From the NCBI GenBank assembly GCA_964441025.1, contig CAYTXG010000006.1, forward strand, positions 32,829 through 96,828: a DNA stretch of 64,000 nucleotides, written 5' to 3'. The stretch comes from an uncultured Syntrophomonadaceae bacterium (GTDB taxonomy: Bacteria; Bacillota; Dethiobacteria; DTU022). Under the pieces are notes generated by a model, which did not search any database, was not told the DNA's origin, and saw only the letters and a list, made by a program, of their open reading frames with translations. The translations under genes and the position numbers were made by a program. Shown piece by piece: positions 58,308 through 64,000 of the stretch (the first letter of the stretch is position 1; each line of letters opens with the position of its first letter).

Positions 58308-59000
58308 TTGTCTGCCAAGATACTGGTGGTCGACGATGAGCGGCCCATTGCCGAGATTCTGAAGTATAACCTGGAAAAAGAGGGCTACGGGGTGATCCTG
58401 GCTTACGACGGTGAGGAGGCGCTGGAGCGGCTGGAGCAGGATCTTCCCGATTTGATCCTGCTTGACATCATGCTTCCGAAGAAGGACGGCTTCGCTGTTT
58501 TGCGTGAAATCCGGGCTCATAAGAAGGATATCCCCATCATCATGCTGACGGCTCGGGAAACAGAAGTTGACAAAGTGCTGGGATTGGAACTGGGCGCCGA
58601 TGATTATGTGACAAAGCCGTTCAGCGCACGCGAGGTTGCAGCCCGGATCAAGGCCATTCTCAGGCGTACCAGGCTGGGCGAAAAGGAATATCAGCTGTGC
58701 TTTGGCGAACTGGTTGTGGACCTGGATGCGGTGCAGGCATTCAATCGGGGCAGGCCGGTGGAGCTGACGCCGAAAGAATTTTCCCTCCTGGAGGTATTAA
58801 GCCGGAGGCCGGGCCATGTTTTCAGCCGGCAGCAGCTCCTCAACCAGGTCTGGGGTTATGATTATTTCGGAGACGAACGAACTGTTGATGTTACTATCCG
58901 CCGCCTCAGGGAGAAACTGGAGACAAATCCCGCCGAGCCTGAATTTATTCATACCAAAAGGGGGGTGGGCTATTATCTCAGGCAAAAAGGGCGGTTTTAA
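58308..59000 (+). CDS. walR: OmpR-family response regulator, WalR(YycF)-like
   Basis: [25 protein letters not shown]...[22 protein letters not shown]...[44 protein letters not shown] with a winged helix. I chose the TTG start with GGGGAGAG upstream. The track ORF starts at 58293. Confidence 0.9.
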   Translation: MSAKILVVDDERPIAEILKYNLEKEGYGVILAYDGEEALERLEQDLPDLILLDIMLPKKDGFAVLREIRAHKKDIPIIMLTARETEVDKVLGLELGADDYVTKPFSAREVAARIKAILRRTRLGEKEYQLCFGELVVDLDAVQAFNRGRPVELTPKEFSLLEVLSRRPGHVFSRQQLLNQVWGYDYFGDERTVDVTIRRLREKLETNPAEPEFIHTKRGVGYYLRQKGRF

Positions 59001-60798
59001 AAGCCTGCAATGGAAAATTGTCCTGATCTACTCCCTTCTCCTGCTCTTTACCCTCCAGCTGATCAGCGTGTACCTGGTGCAGTCTCTTGAGCAGTACTAT
59101 CTGCATAATTTCAAAAACGGGCTGGAATCGCAGGCCCGCTTGCTGGCGGCTTTGCTGACGCCTTCGCCGGCAGGGGGCCACGAGGCTGAGGAAGATATTG
59201 CCCATCTGGTGCGCGAATACAGCGGGCTGCGTGAAATAGAAATTGCTGTGCTGGACTCTTATGCGCATGTTATCGGCGCTTCGATAAATTCGACCATGGT
59301 TGGCGGGCGGCTGATCAGTGATGAAATAACCAGGGCCCTGGCAGGGGAGCTGGGCGAGGCGATTCGCTATGATCCCATGACGGGGGAAAGGCGCTATTAT
59401 CTGGCTCTCCCCTTCAGGGATCAAAGAGCTGTCAGCGGAGTGGTCTATATCAGCAGTTCTCTCAACCCGGTGGACACGGTGTTAAACCAGATCAAGCTCA
59501 TATTGCTCAGCGGCTCTGCTTTTGCCCTGGGTATCAGCGTACTGCTGGGGATCGTTCTGGCCAGAACGATAACTGTACCCATCCAGGGCGTTACCCGGCA
59601 GGCGGGGTTAATGGCACAGGGGGATTTTTCGCAAAAAATTGAGGTAACTTCAGCGGATGAGATCGGGCGTCTGGGGGCCACCTTTAACTATCTGGCTGAA
59701 CGGCTGCACCGCAATATCCGGGAAATTTCTACAGAAAAGAGCAAGGTTGAGGCAATGATCAACCATATGAGCGACGGGGTGATCGCCCTTGACGGAAAAG
59801 GACGTCTTATTCATATCAACCCCGCCGCGCGCGATCTACTGAAAAAATTTTCCCTCAGGCTACCTCCCGGAGGGCGTTCCGGTTTTCATTTTCTAAAAAG
59901 ATTGGCCGGGCCGGAGCTGCTGCGCCGGTTCATCCGGGAGCGAACCCCGCTGGCGCTGGAAATTAGCCGGGAGGAGCCGGAGGTTACTTTAAAAATGGCT
60001 CTTGCCCCCTTTAAAGAGGAGGGCGAGAGGCTGGACGGCACCCTGGTGGTCTTTCATGATATTACTGCAGAAAGGGAATTTATCCGGCGGCAGCAGGAAT
60101 TTGTGGCTGATGTCTCCCATGAGCTGCGAACACCCCTGACCGCGATAAAAAGCTATGTTGAGACTCTGCTCGACGGTGCCGCCGCCGACCCTGCCGTGAG
60201 CAGCCGTTTTTTAAATGTGCTGAAACGCGAAACAGACCGTATGGTTGATCTGGTCAGGGATCTGCTGGAGCTGTCCCAGTTCGACTACAGCCAGGTTGAG
60301 CTGCATAAAACTAAAGTGGATTTAATTGATCTGGCAGTGGAAGCGGTGGAGCAGCTGCAGCAAAAATCTGGATTCAGGACCAATGAAATAGGGATAGACA
60401 TATCACCGGAGCTCCCGCAGGTTTGGGTGGATCGGGAAAAAATCATGCGGGTTTTCTTTAACCTGCTGAGCAATGCCATCAAGTACACCCCAGCTGATGG
60501 TGAAATATCGATCAGCGCCTCGATGGATGATGATGACGGCCGGCTGAAGGTGCTGCTTAAGGACAACGGGCTCGGGATCCCCGCGGAGGATCTGGAGAGG
60601 ATATTTGAACGTTTCTACAGGGTGGAGAAGACTCGCAGCCGGGATTATGGCGGAACCGGGCTGGGCCTGCCCATTGCCCGCCGCCTAGTGGAGGCGCACG
60701 GGGGCCGGATCTGGCTTGAGAGCTCTCCGGGTAAAGGGACCAGGGTTCGCTTTACCCTTCCCGTGGCGGCGGAAAGGAGGGGGCGGGCCCTTGACTGA
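58972..60798 (+). CDS. walK: Sensor histidine kinase, WalK(YycG)-like (2 TM, extracytoplasmic loop, HAMP, PAS, HisKA, HATPase)
   Basis: The N-terminus (K)[20 protein letters not shown] parallels B. subtilis WalK MNKVGFFRSIQFKITLIY. The PAS domain is [24 protein letters not shown], the H-box is [22 protein letters not shown], and the G-boxes are DNGLGIP and [19 protein letters not shown]. The start codon is unresolved: the frame overlaps the walR end and no ATG/GTG/TTG is near. The track ORF 58816 is an artefactual extension. Confidence 0.88.
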   Translation: MISGKKGGFKSLQWKIVLIYSLLLLFTLQLISVYLVQSLEQYYLHNFKNGLESQARLLAALLTPSPAGGHEAEEDIAHLVREYSGLREIEIAVLDSYAHVIGASINSTMVGGRLISDEITRALAGELGEAIRYDPMTGERRYYLALPFRDQRAVSGVVYISSSLNPVDTVLNQIKLILLSGSAFALGISVLLGIVLARTITVPIQGVTRQAGLMAQGDFSQKIEVTSADEIGRLGATFNYLAERLHRNIREISTEKSKVEAMINHMSDGVIALDGKGRLIHINPAARDLLKKFSLRLPPGGRSGFHFLKRLAGPELLRRFIRERTPLALEISREEPEVTLKMALAPFKEEGERLDGTLVVFHDITAEREFIRRQQEFVADVSHELRTPLTAIKSYVETLLDGAAADPAVSSRFLNVLKRETDRMVDLVRDLLELSQFDYSQVELHKTKVDLIDLAVEAVEQLQQKSGFRTNEIGIDISPELPQVWVDREKIMRVFFNLLSNAIKYTPADGEISISASMDDDDGRLKVLLKDNGLGIPAEDLERIFERFYRVEKTRSRDYGGTGLGLPIARRLVEAHGGRIWLESSPGKGTRVRFTLPVAAERRGRALD

Positions 60799-62113
60799 AA
60801 GGATTAAGAGCACGGCTCTTCTTATCCTGGTGGTTCTTAGCCTTTTTCTGACATACTTGCTCTGGTTTGGGCGCAAAGATACGGAAGAGGTGGCTGAAAA
60901 TGATTATGAGGCCGTCTATTTTGAAGAGCCGCGACTCTACTCCCAACTGCTGGTCCCTGAAGCGATTTTTGTCAGCAGTGGGGATTTGCGCTACCGGCTT
61001 CGTTCCGGTGATCCTGACTTTATACTATTTTGGGAGGAGCTTTCTGAAACGCTGCAGGAGATTACCGAGCCTGCGGATTTCGAATATGGCGAAAAGCTGC
61101 CGGAGGATGCCGCGCTATGCCTGACAGTGCAGTTTAACCCCTTCCTGCCGCTGGGCCGGGAAAGCGTCTGGCTTAAGAACTTGCCGCCCGGGGAACTTGC
61201 AGGGATGGAACTTGTGCGTTCCGGTGACCGCTGCTGGGGAGTTTTGCAGGGGTTGGAGGGCTCCGGAGGGCTGCTACTGCCGGCTCGGCGCGGCTCCCAA
61301 CTGGCTGCCCTGTGCGATCAATTTGACCCATCCGGGAGACCTCACTGCAAAAGGCTGGAGGCGGGGGAAATATATGTCTCCCCCGGGGCGGCTGTAACTG
61401 TGGCTGCTCCAATTGACATACCCATGTGCAATGGGATGATCAGGGTGCCGGCCCTGAAGGCGGAGGTGCTGGACAGCGAACTTCTTTTAAAAACCTTTTT
61501 TATAAAGCATAATCTTACCCGGGAAATAAGGGAGCGGGACGGCGGGCGGATCTATACAGACGGCGAACAGGGGTTGCGCCTGGGGGAGGGTCTTGATTAT
61601 TCGCACCCCCTCAAAGAGCCGAAACCGGCAGCGCTTTCTTATTCAGCGGCGCTGCAGACGGCGGGCAAGCTGCTCGGTTACTACGGCGGCTGGCCGGAAA
61701 ATTTGCGGTTGGAGCACCTGGCCCGTGAAACAGGCGACAGCACAAAAGGGATCTATGAGGCACAGTGGCGAAGCTATTTCGAGGGATACCCACTTTGGGG
61801 AGAGACGGGCGTTTACATGAGTTACCATCACGGCGGCCTGATAAAATACCGGCGCAATCTATATCACCTGCTTTACACCGCCGGCGAAGTGGCGGCGGTG
61901 CGCGGTTACCGGGAAGCTTTATCAGCGGCGCTAGAACTGCTTGGCTCCGCCGGCGGGGAGCACTGCACGCTGGAGGGGATGGATCTGGTATACTATCTGT
62001 ATAAAAGCCCCCAGCATCCCCGGGCTGTACCTGTTTGGCTAATCCGCCTCAGCGGGCGGGAATTCGTTTTAAGGGCGGATGATCTTCTTCCTCCGGAGGA
62101 GTGGGCGCAATGA
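60791..62113 (+). CDS. yycH: YycH-like two-component-system regulatory protein (membrane-anchored, extracytoplasmic)
   Basis: The TTG start overlaps the walK stop. It has an N-terminal TM segment ([19 protein letters not shown]) followed by a large extracellular domain. Its position and size (about 440 aa) match yycH. The sequence is weakly conserved, as expected for this family. Confidence 0.7.
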   Translation: MTERIKSTALLILVVLSLFLTYLLWFGRKDTEEVAENDYEAVYFEEPRLYSQLLVPEAIFVSSGDLRYRLRSGDPDFILFWEELSETLQEITEPADFEYGEKLPEDAALCLTVQFNPFLPLGRESVWLKNLPPGELAGMELVRSGDRCWGVLQGLEGSGGLLLPARRGSQLAALCDQFDPSGRPHCKRLEAGEIYVSPGAAVTVAAPIDIPMCNGMIRVPALKAEVLDSELLLKTFFIKHNLTREIRERDGGRIYTDGEQGLRLGEGLDYSHPLKEPKPAALSYSAALQTAGKLLGYYGGWPENLRLEHLARETGDSTKGIYEAQWRSYFEGYPLWGETGVYMSYHHGGLIKYRRNLYHLLYTAGEVAAVRGYREALSAALELLGSAGGEHCTLEGMDLVYYLYKSPQHPRAVPVWLIRLSGREFVLRADDLLPPEEWAQ

Positions 62114-62979
62114 ACCTGGGCCGGGCAAAGACAATTTTCATCTATGTTTTTTTAGGGTTAAATCTTTTTCTTTGCTATCATCTTTTTATCGGGGATGTCC
62201 GAAAATTAGCGTGGGTGGCGGTCTCCCCGGGTGAGCTGCGCCGTGTTGAGGAGCAGCTGGATGAATACGGTTATGTGCTGGAAACAAAAGTTGATTGCGC
62301 CGTCCGGAAAGGCTCTTTCCTGACGGTAGCCCCCTCGAGGGAAATGGAGCAGCTGCTGCGGAGGCATTTTGCGGCCGGCGCGGCACCGGCGGCAGGATCG
62401 GAAGAAACCCGCCTTTACGCGGGAGAAGGAGCCGTAGTAGCAATATATCCGGGAGGGGCGATCCGCGTCGAGCTAACCCCCGGGGCGGAGCTGCTGGAAG
62501 AAGGCAGCCTCCCGGAAGAACAGGAGCTGGTCCCGGCTTTTGAGCGCTATTTAGAGGGTAGCGGACTGCAGTTTCCAGCGGCGCGCTTTGATCATGTATC
62601 ACGGTTGAATGACAGGATCATATTGCATTACCTGCAAATTCATGAGGGCAGGCCCCTTTACAGCGGTTACCTGAGAGCCGTCGTGGGGAATAATAGCCTT
62701 TTAGCCATGGACATCTACTGGCTTGATCCCGAGAGCTCGCATCAGGAACGGGAGATGGAGGTTATCCCGGTCACGGAGGCCATGCTCAGGTTGATCGAGG
62801 TTCTGGGGCCCAGCCGGCATATTCGGCGGATAGTAAAAGCAGGCCTGGGATATTACAGCCTTGAATATGATGCGGAGGAATGGGAGGTGCCTCCGGTGTG
62901 GCGCTTTTTGTTTGATGATGGCGAGAGTTACTATATCAATGCTTTTACAGGAAATCCGGAGTGGGGAACATCTAACTGA
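62110..62979 (+). CDS. yycI: YycI-like two-component-system regulatory protein
   Basis: The ATGA overlap with yycH indicates translational coupling. It has an N-terminal TM segment (IFIYVFLGLNLFLCYHLFI) and an extracellular domain of about 250 aa. Its size and position match yycI. Confidence 0.7.
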   Translation: MNLGRAKTIFIYVFLGLNLFLCYHLFIGDVRKLAWVAVSPGELRRVEEQLDEYGYVLETKVDCAVRKGSFLTVAPSREMEQLLRRHFAAGAAPAAGSEETRLYAGEGAVVAIYPGGAIRVELTPGAELLEEGSLPEEQELVPAFERYLEGSGLQFPAARFDHVSRLNDRIILHYLQIHEGRPLYSGYLRAVVGNNSLLAMDIYWLDPESSHQEREMEVIPVTEAMLRLIEVLGPSRHIRRIVKAGLGYYSLEYDAEEWEVPPVWRFLFDDGESYYINAFTGNPEWGTSN

Positions 62980-62993
62980 CAGGAGAAGATGAA

Positions 62994-64000
62994 GTGGAGA
63001 AAACCCTGATACACGGTGGAAATGAGTTAAAGGGACGGGTAAAAATTAGCGGTTCCAAAAATGCAGCCCTGGCCATCCTGCCGGCAATTTTGCTGGCTTC
63101 GGAAAAGGTTTCCCTAAGCAACATTCCCGATATTACCGATGTCCGGATAATGCTAAACATCCTCGAAGACCTTGGCTTGACCATCCGCAGGCGGGGGCGG
63201 AATGATCTTGATATTTACCCTTCCGGGCTGCGCGGCTTTGCCCCTCCTTTTAACCTGGTGCAAAAATTAAGGGCTTCATCTTATCTTATGGGAAGCCTGC
63301 TGACCCGTTCCGGGAAAGCGACGGTACCTGTTCCTGGCGGATGTGATCTGGGGCCGCGCCCCATTGATCAGCACCTGAAAGGTTTTACCGCCCTGGGGGC
63401 GGAATGCGAAATTGAGCATGGCCAGGTCAGGCTGGCGGGTGGCAGGCTGAAGGGGGCTCATATCTACCTCGATGTGGTCAGCGTCGGGGCCACGGTCAAC
63501 CTGATGCTGGCGGCGGCAGGGGCGGAAGGGCGAACTGTCCTTGAGAATGTGGCCAAAGAGCCGGAGATCGTTGATCTGGCAAATTTTCTTAATGCCATGG
63601 GCGCGGTGGTCAAGGGGGCGGGAACAGATATAATCAAGATCGACGGCGTTGATCGCTTTGGCGGCGCGGAACACGCTGTTATTCCCGACCGGATCGAAGC
63701 CGGCACTTTCATGTTGGCTGTTGCCGCAACAGGCGGCGACCTGGTTGTCGAGGGAGTTATACCCAAGCACCTGGAAGCGGTAACTGCCAAACTGAGAGAA
63801 ATAGGCGCTGTTGTGGAGGCGGAAGCAGAGCAAATCAGGGTCACCAGGAGCGGGCCGCTGATCCCTTCGGACTTGAAAACCTTTCCCTATCCCGGCTTTC
63901 CAACGGATCTGCAGCCGCTGGGGATGGTCCTCCTTACTGCTGCGGAAGGAACGAGCATTGTCACGGAAAATGTCTTTGACGGCCGTTTTCGCCATGTGGA
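62994..64000 (+). CDS. murA: UDP-N-acetylglucosamine 1-carboxyvinyltransferase (N-terminal about 335 codons; continues beyond the window)
   Basis: The GTG start is preceded by AGGAGA. The translation (M)EKTLIHGGNELKGRVKISGSKNAALAILPAILLASEKVSLSNIPDITDV...GCDLGPRPIDQHLKGF... matches MurA, including the active-site Cys (GGCDLG) region. There is no stop in the window, so it is not in the ORF track. Confidence 0.9.
   Translation, partial: MEKTLIHGGNELKGRVKISGSKNAALAILPAILLASEKVSLSNIPDITDVRIMLNILEDLGLTIRRRGRNDLDIYPSGLRGFAPPFNLVQKLRASSYLMGSLLTRSGKATVPVPGGCDLGPRPIDQHLKGFTALGAECEIEHGQVRLAGGRLKGAHIYLDVVSVGATVNLMLAAAGAEGRTVLENVAKEPEIVDLANFLNAMGAVVKGAGTDIIKIDGVDRFGGAEHAVIPDRIEAGTFMLAVAATGGDLVVEGVIPKHLEAVTAKLREIGAVVEAEAEQIRVTRSGPLIPSDLKTFPYPGFPTDLQPLGMVLLTAAEGTSIVTENVFDGRFRHV

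Noticed and set aside
58816-58975. 5' extension of the walK ORF in the track (start 58816), overlapping walR by about 180 nt
   Set aside because: The extension adds a hydrophilic 50-residue segment before the conserved WalK N-terminus and lies inside the walR coding region. It is most likely an open-frame artefact. The true start is near 58972-58990.
63276-63995. 239-aa minus-strand ORF
   Set aside because: It is antisense to the murA reading frame, which matches MurA over more than 330 residues on the plus strand.

Overview
This window is a roughly 64 kb origin-proximal chromosomal segment from a moderately high-GC endospore-forming Firmicute. The gene content is Clostridia-like: long Bacillus-type SRP RNA, yyaC, lonC and an rpmH-rnpA-yidD-yidC-jag-mnmE-rsmG-noc-parA-parB block. 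It contains the bipartite replication origin, with DnaA boxes and an AT-rich unwinding element flanking dnaA. The conserved core rpmH, dnaA, dnaN, recF, gyrB and gyrA is present. The window's left end is the 5' part of dnaX. From there, on the minus strand, come SRP RNA, tRNA-Ser, a cold-shock protein gene, a second tRNA-Ser and tadA, then accessory-like genes (ferritin-VIT1, PNPOx, DNA-alkylation repair, TfoX-N), an ECF sigma/anti-sigma pair, a tRNA-Arg/Ser/Ser cluster, and serS-argS without a T-box. Upstream lies a WalRK-like two-component system coupled to an LpqB-like GerMN/beta-propeller protein, then a ddl / ATP-grasp / FemAB cell-wall cluster, an EF-G paralog, a biotin-less carboxyltransferase and a FAD lipoprotein overlapping gyrA. 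To the right of oriC are two parS sites downstream of parB, DUF4446, an M23 peptidase and bactofilin, then yyaC, adk, DUF951-ychF, rpsF-ssb-rpsR-rplI, lonC, dnaB helicase, a second M23 peptidase, a second WalRK system with YycH/YycI, and the start of murA. I found no CRISPR arrays, transposases, integrases or obvious defence genes. The most unusual points are two paralogous WalRK-type systems with different accessory proteins bracketing the origin, all four tRNA-Ser isoacceptors clustered with serS, argS, tRNA-Arg(ACG) and tadA, and several synteny breaks: no mnmG, inserted genes around gyrB and gyrA, and a DciA-like DUF721 next to recF. All coordinates come from the supplied ORF track plus manual reading. 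No database searches were possible, so family assignments rest on recognisable motifs and synteny.
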